From positions 68,572,001 through 68,636,000 of the forward strand of contig OZ241829.1 in assembly GCA_965202585.1 (NCBI GenBank): a stretch of DNA of 64,000 nt, read 5' to 3'. Below, piece after piece: positions 37,676 through 49,536 of this stretch. Every line of letters starts with the position of its first letter. Positions within the stretch are counted from its first letter, which is position 1. Under the pieces are notes generated by a model. The model did not search any database. It was not told the origin of the DNA and worked only from the letters and a program-made list of their open reading frames with translations. Origin of the DNA: Thalia democratica (taxonomy: Eukaryota). The translations under genes were made by a program, and so were the position numbers.

Positions 37676-38294
37676 AAAAACTGTTTTTAATGTTAATGCT
37701 AAATAACATTATTAAATTCAAACTAAAAATACTTAGCATACTTTTTAGTATAACGAAACTTTTAAATAGGTTTAAAACTTTTATTCAATCGCTTAAAAAC
37801 TTATATTATACTTTTAAAAGTTAACCATAGTGTACATGTTTTGTTTCTAATTATTAAGCATATGTTATACAGTTCGAACAAAATTATTTCACCGGTTAAG
37901 TACATAAGTTATTGAATATTTTTCACTTTTTTAGTGTTTTTTTAATGTAAAAATTTCAGCATACATATCATAATTTTTAAATCATTTATTGATCAAAATA
38001 TTTGTTTTTAAATTTTCTACCTTTTCTAATTTTCATTACATTATTCTAAAGTACATTTATCTTAGACAAAAATGCTTTGATAATAAAGTTTTTGCAAATA
38101 ACTTTAATAGTGATAAATAACATTATTTTTATTTAAAACAGCAATAACATTGTTTTTATCAGGAATATTTACTAACTGTTTAATAAAAACATAGAATTTT
38201 ATAAACTATTTCTTAACATTGGATACAAGAAACTAACATAAATATTTTAATTGTAACTGAATATCTTTATACTACTTAAAAACAAAAATCTACA

Positions 38295-39821
38295 ATGGTC
38301 AACAATAAAGCACCAGTAGTTGGTAATAGTATTTACACTCAAAAAGATATTCAGAACACAAAAGTTGAAGTTTTGAGAATTCGTTTTAATAAACAGCACG
38401 TCATAATGGCAAAAAAAGCAAAGTTTGTCGAAAAATCTCTTTACTTCAGATCAATTACAAAGTCCTGCTTTTCGGATCACAAATCTCATTTCACTGAAGT
38501 GACCTTTCCAGTAAACTTCAAAACATTCAAGAAAGTCATTGACTGGATCACTACTGATCACATTGACATAGAAGACGATGAAACTTTTGAAATATATAAA
38601 GTTTCTGATTATTTAATTATTGAAAATTTGAACAAGTTGTGCTTGGACCATTTTATTTACAACTTGAACAAAAAACGTATAGATTACCAGTTTAGTGTAC
38701 TGGAAAAACAGCCACTGGTATTTAGAGATTTTAAAGAGATTGCGTTAAAATTTAAAGCAAGTTGCCAACCTTGTGTTAAAGGTCTGTATATCCTGGACGG
38801 TCATAAGCATTCATTAACAATTATGTCTGATGGACATGAGTACAAATTCAAATATCGAATGTTGAATGAAGATGAAAACAAAACAAAATTTTGTACTGTT
38901 ACCTGTCGAAGCTCACTTATAATATTAAGCAGTTACTCTAATAGTTTAATAATCCGAACGATAGAATGTAAATGGGAATGTGATCCACTTCTGTTACAGT
39001 ATGATCTTATAAGTGGAAAGATGTACCACTTAGATGTAAAATACACCAGATGTTCAGATGTTTGCTCAGACAATGAGAACCTGTATGTGATTACGCCTAC
39101 AGAATATGAGAAAACGTTCAAGTTTTCCGTATCTGTATTAAGTAAACCAATTAGTGATGAAACACGGTGGTTTTGTAAAACTAAAACGTTTTCTCTTCCA
39201 GATTCAGACTATCCTAATGATGAAAAGCGTAGTTGTGATTACTACAAATATGTAGTTCGTTTTTCGTTCTCTGATCATGAGAAACTCAGCATTTGTTAAC
39301 AACTATTAAATTGTGAGGACGAAGAGCCATACCTTCATAATGTATACCTGCTCACAATATGTATTAAAACAATGAATATACTGAGTAATAAGAGATTTAA
39401 TCAATGCTTAAAATTTGGACAAAAAGAATACATCAAGAAGATGATGTACCATGATTTTGAGGTGTTGTTTGTTCTCAAACAGGACAAAAAAGTTGTTATG
39501 GATGTTTGGATCAATCTCTATATAGTTTTTGATGCTAACGAGCAAAGTTTTTACTTTGCCGAAGATATCGTTCCGCTATCACAAGATAGATACTGGGATT
39601 CGACTCATAAATTTATTTGCGGACAAGAGTACACGGTTGATAAAAATGATACTGTTTACATGTACATGGGTTATGACAAACCTGATACAAACAAGGGAGT
39701 AATAGAAATAAGAACGTTTGATTACCGCAATGATAAATTAGTTGAAACTGGAACAATATGGGAACATTATGATCGTTTTTATATATTAGATGACCATTGT
39801 GTATCTGTTTGTGCTGTTTAG
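38295..39821 (+). pseudogene. BTB/POZ plus divergent propeller-like gene, copy A2, with one in-frame TAA
   Basis: ORFs 38295..39299 and 39372..39821 are in frame; TAA at 39297-39299 corresponds to TAT (Tyr) in A1. Confidence 0.8.
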
Positions 39822-41872
39822 TTTTAGTATGCCAATGATTGTAAGCTCGGGTGTTTTGTTGAAATATTTGATTAATTCAGTTCTGCATTCAATTATTTTC
39901 ATATATGTTTGGCATAAGTAGAGAATTATAGTATCAAGTATTGTATCATTTTTATTTAAAGTTGTAAAGACAGTACAACATTTTGTATACTTGACAATAG
40001 TTTAAACTTTTAGAAAGTAGATTTTTCACAAGATAAATTATTTTAAATTTTACATTGTTAAATTTTTATTCATTTTATAAAAAAAACTTGGTATAACCTC
40101 TTTTTAAAAATCTATTTCATAATCATATACATATTCAAACTCTTCGATTGTGATATGAGTTTAAAAATCTAAGAACTAAACAAAACTGTCTACATTCTGT
40201 AATATCTAAGAAACATTTTCTTTTAAATTTTTCGTCCTATTTAGTTAAGTACGTTACAAATCGTATAATCAGAAATCGTTAATATTGATTTAAACTAAAA
40301 ATATATTAAAAATACATTTAAACTTGTATATTAATCTGTATACATATACATATATTTACTAATAGTTTTTTGTACATACGTTTTCAAAACAGAAACTCGA
40401 AAATGTTTTAAAACACCGAAATATTAATAAATTAATTGTCATATTTAAGTGTTTTTTATTCAAGATTGATTTAAACTGATTTTTTGCTTTTCCAAAATTA
40501 TTTGACAACCATATGTATTTGTACAAAATAAACAAAGTTCAATAAATTTTGACAATAAATAACTTTGCTTTGGCGTTTTTCATATAAAAAAAGTATACTT
40601 ATTTGAGCTTTAAAATTTGCTTTTAATGTACCTTAGTATTAATATTATGTATTCTTGTTGATTTATTTGAACATAAATAAATTTTATTTTCGGAACTAAA
40701 TATGTAGGGTTATCAAATATAATCTTAAAAGAGATATATTTAATTATGCTTCAAATAAACTATTACAACTTTTTTACAAAATGGTTCTCTTTACAAACAT
40801 ATTGTATCAAGTTATCCTATTCTGTTTATTATTTACATGAAACTATTTAACTTAAAACTAGAGTGCAGTTGTAAAACTAATTAAAGAGCTATTTTATAAA
40901 TAATAAAAACATTATTTAATATCTTGTTCAAATAAAAATGCTTCAACTTAAAAATAAACAAAAAATAAATTCATACTTAAAGCATACTGTAACATATTTT
41001 AAAGTTTTATATCTTATCATAAATCATTAAATAAAGAACTAAAAACTCCATACAAAGTAGTAGCTAGTTAGTTTTTGCAATGAAACTAAAAATTTTAAAA
41101 GTGGAAACGAATTTTTGATTTTAAAAGTATATATCTCAAAATTCATATCAAAAAAATGTGTGTTTATATTAAAAATATTAAGTTTGTTCAAAATTAAACC
41201 ATTTCACTTCATTTACATACTTCTGCTTTGTAGATAGCAACTAAACTTCCCTAAAGTAAAAATACTTCTTAGTTACCACCCAATCAGGCTAGTTAAAAAT
41301 TCTGAAAAATCCGTATTACTTGGGCTAGTTTGAACTTGTTTGAGTTTTTTGGAAGTTTGAAGATATAGTTATTGACAGATAAGGTTTTTAAAGCTCAGAC
41401 TAGTTTTCATGAACTTCAAATCAACCTTTCTTTTCACACTATTCTTTTACTTTCATATATTGTATGTGTTTACCTGTTACTATTTAAGTAGTTATTTAAC
41501 AGTTATTAAAAGTACATATTGTCACAATCAGTTCCATCTAGCATTGAAAACATTTTTTATTCATAAACTTATTTCGTTTTAAGTAGCTCTTTCACGGAAA
41601 AAAGTTGCGTTCAAAACAAAAATTTCTGCTGTTAAATTCTTGTTTTTCTAAATCATAGTTTAAAATATTTCCAATAAATTAATAAATTTATAAAACTACA
41701 CACATTAAATGGTAAACTAAATTGTTTACATATCATAGCATAGAAAACTACAAATTTGTATGCTAATTGAAAGTTAAACTAAATGTTAAATGTTAATAAA
41801 GTTGTTGAAAAATTTAAATAACTAGAAGTTAACTTTTCACAAACACAAAACAAAATATTAATATTGTATATA

Positions 41873-42652
41873 CAGTAGACTACCGCTTAAGTACGCACTT
41901 TTTTTGGTACTTACCTCGCCTTAAGTACGCACTTACCTAGAAAGACAAAAAAATTCTAAATTTTCTTAGACTTAGATTTTATCTAAAGACTTGTTCCATA
42001 GAGTCATTTTCTGACGCTTTCCATCCATTTTTCTAAATTTCTCTAAACTTTTCTAAAATTTCTAAATTCTTTTTATTCAAAAGCTTTCAAAATATCTGCA
42101 AAAGAAAGACTTATTTTAATGTGACATAGCACATAACTAGTTAACCACAAAAACTAGTTACAATTTTATAAAGTCAAATTAAACATATAAAAAGAAGCAA
42201 CAATAACAACAAAAAACTAAAGTTTAAAAAAAAATTAATGAGCATCTTATCATTGTGCACTTATACTATAAATGTTTATACTGATATAAACTTTCTTACA
42301 AAAACAGTCCTAAAACGTTTTTCTTTTAAATAAAATTAATCCAACACTTTTTAGCTAATGGAAAATTATAATAAATGTATTAACTAAACTAAACTTAGCT
42401 TGACTAGCAATATGTAGAAACTTTTTGGAGAAAAAATAAATCATTTTAAAATCTATTTGAAATTTTGCAGATTTTAATTATGTATTAAGCGTTGTTTAAA
42501 ATAAAAATACTTGTTTATTTGGCTTAACCATTTGGTGGCTAGTTGTTAGAAAGAAAACAAACAACTAAATTTATATTATACTAATCGTCAAAAGTACGCA
42601 CTAACCGTGCTAAGTACGCATTCAATTTGCGTACTTAAGCGGTAGTCTACTG
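41873..42652. mobile_element. Tc1/mariner-type (pogo-like) MITE, 780 bp
   Basis: Perfect TIR CAGTAGACTACCGCTTAAGTACGCA, TA on both flanks, subterminal taagtacgca repeats; absent from the left arm near 19045. Confidence 0.9.
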
Positions 42653-44280
42653 TATTGTTATTTAATATAAGTATTTAGTACTCAAATTTTTAACTTTATA
42701 GTGAAGGTTTACAGATGACTTTAAAAACTAAAAGCATTTAAATTAAAATCGTTGTCAGTTAAAAAAAAAATCTCTAGTTTTAAAAAACTAAACTTACTCT
42801 TACGTTTAAAGTTAAATTACAATGTTTAAAATTTAGTGTTAATAATGATAGTTATAAACAAAAGGAAGTATTGATTCATTATACTTGTTTTTTTTTTATG
42901 GTGTTTATCTAACATCTTCACAATTAGTTCGGTTTTAATTACAAAATACGATTTGATCATATATCTTTAGTTTTAAAAAAACTTACTCATTTTAAAATAC
43001 TAGAAAAATTAACTCTGATATTAAGACAAAACTTATATTACAAACTTTAAAAGTATTTAAAAATTTTATAGACGGAAAGTTTATTTCGAATACAAGTTGA
43101 AGTAGCTTTTATCAAAGATGTAAAGTAAAATGATAAATTGTGTCGTATGGCTTTAATTAATAAAGCTATATGAAGAATTTTAGTAATAAAAAAGAGTTGC
43201 GTTTAATTTATCTACAAAACTAAACGTAGATAATTGTTTCTGAAAAGAGCTGTAGTAAAGAAAACATTACTTTTACTTTATAACCTATGTTTATGCAATT
43301 CAGCATAAAACAGTTACAAATACAAGTATTTTTCTAAAAAGACGTATGTTGTTCAAAATAAATAGTTATATTTTACGTTTGTTTAAGTAGTTTGCTTGTA
43401 TTGATAAAGTAAATTGATAACAAACTTAAAGTACGATACGAGTATTAAAAAATACTAAAAAAATAAAGTTCACTTAATCTAAAGGAAGCAATGACTCATT
43501 TTTTTTTTCGTTTGTGTTTTCTGTAGTTAGCTAAGGCTTAAAAATGCCTTTAGTTTTCCAATTTATAGAAAAATTAAAAACGTACAATAATGTTTTTTGG
43601 ATTATAAAAATAGTAAAAATTAATAAAAATACCTGTTACAAAGGGTGCTTTTATTACAAATGTATTAGTTGAAATTGACCAAATTAAATTATACGATCAA
43701 ATAGTGTTAAACTGTAAATCTGAAAACTATGATTAACAGATAGTATATAACAATAAAACAGTTTCTTTCAAAGTCTAAATATATAAACTTTCTGAGGTAA
43801 GGAATAAATTTCAAAATTTTGTAAGATTAATTTTATATTTAAACATTCTTAGGATACTTATTAAACGATATAAGTTATAAAAACAAAAACACTTTCTTTT
43901 AATTGTTAGTGTAGATATAACACAGTTAGTATTTAATTAGTTATTTTAAAACAACTAAAAATTCTTACTGTTTATACACTACGAAAATAAAGCGCACAAA
44001 ATATTTGGTTCTAGGAAATGTTGCACATAAAAACCTTTTGGTTATTGAGTCGCACACAACTTAGATACCTTTTATCCTGTTGACCGAAAATATACTGTAC
44101 GTTTATTCAAAACAATAAATAAAATATATTACTATAAAAAAAATTTTAAACTGTAAAGTGCGCGTTTGACGTGAAACATTCACTTTTACCTGTGTTCAAG
44201 GCGTTTTATCTTCACATTAACCCTCACTGTAGTTTAAACCAAGTAAAAATTATTATATTCTTCGTAAAAGCAGTAGTTTA

Positions 44281-45747
44281 TTAAGCGAGAAGATAAAGAC
44301 GCTCAAAATATTTGGTTCTAGGACCTGGTGCACGAAGAACCTTTCGGTTATCGAGTCGCACATCACGGATACCTTTTAATGTCTTGTCCAGGACAATACT
44401 ATGTTTTATATATTGGCCTGCTAAAAAATTATACTTTGTTGTTACCATTATAGTGATAATTTCAATGTTCGATGTTAAATATTAAGTCCATAACCTTTAA
44501 TAAAAATAACAGTATTTTTGTTATGTCTAATTTTTGTACGTTTAGTAAAAACATTTATAAACAGTCGTTTTATTTGTAGAATTATCTACTATAAACGACG
44601 TAATGTTCGATTTTTTAAAGTTTATTGGATTTTTCCGAATAAATTTTTTTTAGTCATTCTTGGTAAATAAAATATATTTATATTTAAGTTATAAATATAT
44701 ATCTTGAAGTAAAATGTCATTACCATTTAAATAAAGAATAGTTTTCTAAAACGTAAAAGTTTCTTATACTAGTTTGTAATTAATATTTTAAACTTGACAT
44801 ATAAAAGTTAACTGACTAGAAGACTAATGTAATATCTAGTCAAAATAAATGAGATTGATTACTAAAATTTATATTAAAATAGCACTTATTTTTCTTTAAT
44901 TGAAGCTTTTGTTTTAGTTAATCGGATTTATTATAACTAAAAATCTATAAGTAAACTACTGTAAAAAAAACGCTCATAGGTACTTATTTTTGTGAAAAAT
45001 AAAAGAAAGATTTTATGAATTTTACGATTTTTAAATTCGAATTATAAAAAAGAAATTGTTAATATAATGTTTTGTGTATTAACCATAATACATATAATTT
45101 AAAGTGTTATGAAATTTTTAAATGTTACTAAACTTTGCAATAGTTATGAGTTTTAAAAGATATTTAAATCATTAAATTTTGAAAAAAAAACATAAGAGCG
45201 ATTTATTTGTTTTATAACAAATAATTAAATTTGTTTACTGTCTTAACTTTTCTTACTTCATGTACATATGCTGATTGATTATTTAAATTTACTATACTTT
45301 TTGATTCATTAAACATTTTTCATGATGCAAAAAATTTAAATTGATTACAACCATCTTTACAATAATTTTATCATGTCATGGGTTTTGATAAATTCAAAGA
45401 GTTTCCAAACCTGTTATCATGACCTCTACGTCATCAGGCCACAGTTTTATTGTAATTATAACTGTCTTCACCTAACTACAAGAAATTTCTTGCTAAATTT
45501 GGTTATGTAAGCTTTTTTTGTATATGTTTTTACTACTATCCTGCCCTGGACAAGATTTTATAAGGTATCCGGTGGTGTGAGAATCAATATTCAAAAGGTT
45601 TTTTTTTTGTGCACCAGGTCCTAGATTTTTATTGTGCACCAGGTGCACCAAATGTTTTGAGTGCTTTTTTTTCATTCAATAAACTGTATTATAATTATTT
45701 TTCAACTTCAACTTGGGAAGAGTTAGTCTCTTCTGATGTTCTTCTAC
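44281..45747 (-). CDS. 3' exons of an unidentified gene missed by the ORF track
   Basis: Terminal exon 44417-44281 (ttttttagcag acceptor, phase 1, TAA) and penultimate exon 45471-45411 (phase 0 to 1) join to VKTVIITIKLWPDDVEVMITGQYIKHSIVLDKTLKGIRDVRLDNRKVLRAPGPRTKYFERLYLLA*, with exon-like GC enrichment. A weaker 35-nt exon at 45747-45713 also fits the phase. Confidence 0.55.
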
Positions 45748-45980
45748 CTTAAAAAAAAAAAACTTATAGAGCTGGACCATAAACTGAGTGCTATTAGGCC
45801 ATAACAACAATTAATATTAATGATAACTGTTTTTGTTAATTAGTATAATTAAATTTTTAAACTATTCATTCTAAAATTTATCATAATAGTTTATTAACTA
45901 AAATCCAATTGAATCATTCTTTAGCAAAGAACTTAATATTTTAGTTTAATTTAATTAACAATGATTGTTTTTATAATTAA

Positions 45981-46685
45981 GGCCATAGGGGGGGGGGGTA
46001 GACCATGTTTTTTACAAGTTGATCTTATTTTATAGAGTTTTTACTAAGCTTCAAGATGCTTTTTACCGTTTTTAAAAATTCGAATTAGTTTTTGAGATAT
46101 GACCGGCCAAAGTCGGGCCGCATAACAGGTTCCTTATGGGGAAGGAAAACTAAAACGGCGAAAAAAGACTAATGCATTCAAAATCTATCTCCTCCTTCAT
46201 TTTTTAAGCAAATTCTTCAAACTTTCACAGTCTATTCTTTATACAATAACAAAAAAACGTTATTTGTGACTTTAAAAAATTTCAAGTAAAAATACTTTTT
46301 TTTTGTAATTTTATGACAAAAATTAAAAAAAAAAGTGAATTTTCATCAAAAAAAATTTTTTTTACAAAAAAAAGGTATTTTTACTTGAAATTTTTTAAAG
46401 TAACAAATAACGTTTTTTTGTTATTGTATAAAGAATAGACTGTGAAAGTTTGAAGAAGATTGCTTAAAAAATGAAGGAGGAAATAGATTTTGAATGCATT
46501 AGTCTTTTTTGCCGTTTTAGTTTTCCTTCCCCATAAGGAACCTGTTATGCGGCCCGACTTTGGCCGGTCATATCTCAAAAACTAATTCGAATTTTTAAAA
46601 ACGGTAAAAAGCATCTTGAAGCTTAGTAAAAACTCTATAAAATAAGATCAACTTGTAAAAAACATGGTCTACCCCCCCTATGGCC
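45981..46685. mobile_element. Palindromic MITE with ~310-bp TIRs, TTAA TSD and GG termini (Kolobok-like)
   Basis: TTAA|GGCCATAGGGG...CCCCTATGGCC|TTAA; the arms are near-perfect reverse complements. Confidence 0.9.
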
Positions 46686-47790
46686 TTAATTTAATGTTTT
46701 TAATAAATGTGAACAAAGTTTCTTCTAGTTAATAGGTTGAAATTTATTGGTCAATGGTCTTCATGGTGTGCACAAAGTAATTTTAATGTCATAAGAAACT
46801 TAAAAAACTTAAAAAAAAATATATATAAATTTTATGTGTTGTTTTTGAGATTTATTTGTACATAATAATCAAGTAGATATTAACTCTTCTATTTTTTCCT
46901 GGCTTCAGTGGAAAAATTTCTGATCTTATATATTAATGAAATATATGTTTTCAATAAAAAAAATAATTATATAATATACTAATATGTTAAGGCTATAGGT
47001 TGTCAAACATTTTTTTACAAGAGTTTACATTGGCTCCTGTATGAAAGCTTAGTATCAATTGCAAGCTATATTTTATAGAATTTGAAAAAGTAATACAACT
47101 TTAATAATTTTGTAAAAAGTTTTTGGTACAAATATATGAAGTGCTAATTTTTATTTACTAGTTTTATTAAAAAAAAAACTAGAATTCTGTTTTCTCTTAG
47201 ATTTTCAAGCTAGGATTGTTATGAAATATTATTTATATAGCTAAAAAGACTTGGATTGTTTCAATTTTAAAAGTATTGAATAAGGAAACTTAAAATAAAA
47301 AAACAAAAAAAGGTGGTTGTTTCCAAATATATCTTTAATAGTTTAAGATAAAAAAATTAAGCATTTTATAGAATTAAATATTAGTTGTATACTTACTAAA
47401 AATTAAAGCAAAATTTATAAAGAATAAAAAAGATATATTTTTAATAAAATGGTCCTTGTTTCATATTTTTGGTTTACAACTTCTAAAATGAACCTACTGA
47501 GCTCACAAAGACTTTGATTGAGTATAACACACTTTCAACGTTCAACTTGCAAAAACAAGATGGACCTCCTTATGGCCAAATTAAAAACTCAATAAAAATA
47601 GTGTTTTTGACATTGGTAAGTATTTTTTTTTTACAATTATTAGTCTACAGAATTTATTTTGTAGTGATTTACTATGACAGCTTTTGAAATGACTACAGAT
47701 ATAGATTTTGGCTTTATTAAAAAAGTATACAAGAAATAGAAAAATTGCAAAATGATATTTTTTTGTTTGTCATACTAAGTACTTCAACTT

Positions 47791-48336
47791 GTCACTTTTG
47801 CACAAGGGGACAATTTTTCATGGCGTCACTTTTGCACAAGGGACAATTTTGCATGGCGCCACTTTTGCACAGAGACACTTTTACACAGGTTGAAATTTTT
47901 TTAAATTAAAAACTTTAATTTACATTTTTTGCTATTACTTTTACCCCTAACCCTAAATTTTTTAATAATTTTTTTGGATTTTATAATTTTTTTTAAAATC
48001 GTTTTTGTTATCATGTTATTTTTTTGATTAATAATTTTTATTAGGTAGATATTTGTTTTGCTATCACAACTAACCCTTACCCATGATTGGTAAATTTTTT
48101 ATTTTATTTTTTTGGGTTTTATAGTTTGTTTTTCAAAATATTATTTTTTTCCTGTTGTTTTTTTTGATTAGTAGTTTTTATTAAATACATTTTTCTCTAT
48201 CACTGTTTCTACTAACCCTTACTCTCCTCACTCCGTAAGTTTTGTTTTCAATATATTTTTTATATATTCTTGTGCAAAAGTGACACCCTGCAAAAGTGTC
48301 CTCTTGTGCTGAAGTGATGCTTGTGCAAAAGTAACC
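47791..48336. mobile_element. Foldback MITE-like element with inverted subterminal cacttttgcacaag repeats
   Basis: Four (c)acttttgcaca units at the left end and inverted tgtgcaaaagt units at the right end; internal ~135-bp duplication with ctaaccct motifs. Confidence 0.65.
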
Positions 48337-49536
48337 TATTCCCACTCTAAGGCAATACCAATTATGAAGTCAGGTTGTTTTAGAAAGTATAATTTTTCTT
48401 AGTTACTCAGCAAATATTTTGACAATGGAATTAATAAAAAAAAAAATTTTATTCACTCAGTTTGTTATTATTTTCTGTATAACATTATAATTACCAATTT
48501 CATCAAACTCATTTTAAGAAATACATTTTAAGGATATAGTGTACAAAACTTAATTGCTAGTATACAGCAGGTAATTGAATTAAAAAAAAACAAATATTAA
48601 ACTAAAGTTTAATTTTGACTATAGTCAACTTACTATTGTTTATTAAACAAATAATTCTTAAGAAATGTACTTAAAACTTGTCATTTAAAACAATAGCTTC
48701 TGTTTAGAAAGAAGTTAGATGTTTGTAAATTAATTAAATTTAATTAAAGTAAGACAACAGTTTACTAAAATGAAAATGAGTTTCATACAATTAGTTTTAA
48801 GAGTTTACATGTTTGAGAATATAGTTTTTTGTAACAATGTTTTGATAAGAATATCATTTTAATGCATGAAAACTATTATAAATTGTAAAACAAATAAACA
48901 TAATCATATGAAAACAAAATATATAACAAAAGTGATCTACATAAAAAGGCAAAAATTTTTTTTGGTTATAATACTTTTAGTTACATCAACTGAATTAAAT
49001 TATTTATCCAATTAATTTAATAATCTACATTGATGAGTTGAACACATACAATTAGAACTTGTCTTCCTCAAAATAAATGATACTATTTTTTCCAAATTTG
49101 AAAACAAACAAGTATTTACCAGATTTATTGTTTATGTTCACTGACTAATTAAAAAAAAATTAAAACTGTTCAACATAACTTTGAACTGAAGCCTTACTAT
49201 GATACCTGGAAAAGAGACAGTTTCTACTAACTTAAAAATTAAACAAGTAATATCTTTATATTTTATTAAAACATAATGTTTGTTTTTAAATTAATCATGT
49301 GTAAACTTTTATGAAACAATTACAGCCACTTTATATAACGTTCAATCAACAATGCCTGACAAAGGAAAATTTATCTTAATTTTCATTTAATAATGATGTT
49401 TTGCACATGTACAATTAGAACTTTGCCTGTCCAAGTTAAAAATTAATTAGCATTTTAAGATTTATTTGATTTTTACTAATTGAATTATAACAATCACAGA
49501 TATTTTGTTTATAGCCTAGATAAAACCTCATTTGTA

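Noticed and set aside
29707-39299. Alternative genetic code with TAA read as an amino acid
   Set aside because: The two TAAs align to different residues (Tyr and Lys), and TAA is the normal stop of EIF2B5.
25632-39821. Viral (poxvirus-like BTB-kelch) or horizontal origin of the intronless BTB genes
   Set aside because: No viral hallmark genes, terminal repeats or compositional break are visible; would need a phylogeny.
47486-47615. Plus-strand open frame ending at a GTAAGT donor (EPTELTKTLIEYNT...DGPPYGQ...)
   Set aside because: Preceded by an in-frame TAA with no acceptor or ATG; kept only as a possible 5'-UTR exon of EIF2B5.
47791-48336. CRISPR-like repeat array or telomeric repeats
   Set aside because: The repeats are inverted subterminal TE motifs without unique spacers; ccctaa motifs occur as only 1-2 units inside MITEs (also near 32320 and 35760).
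49040-49430. Chain of minus-strand microexons (14, 33, 29 and 17 nt) with good-looking acceptors
   Set aside because: Could not link them in consistent phase to each other or to the 45747/45471 exons; needs RNA data.
49480-49536. ORF-track N-terminal extension of eIF2B-epsilon from a TTG
   Set aside because: AT-rich, contains acceptor-like AGs, and has no homology; the ATG at 49537 is the better start.
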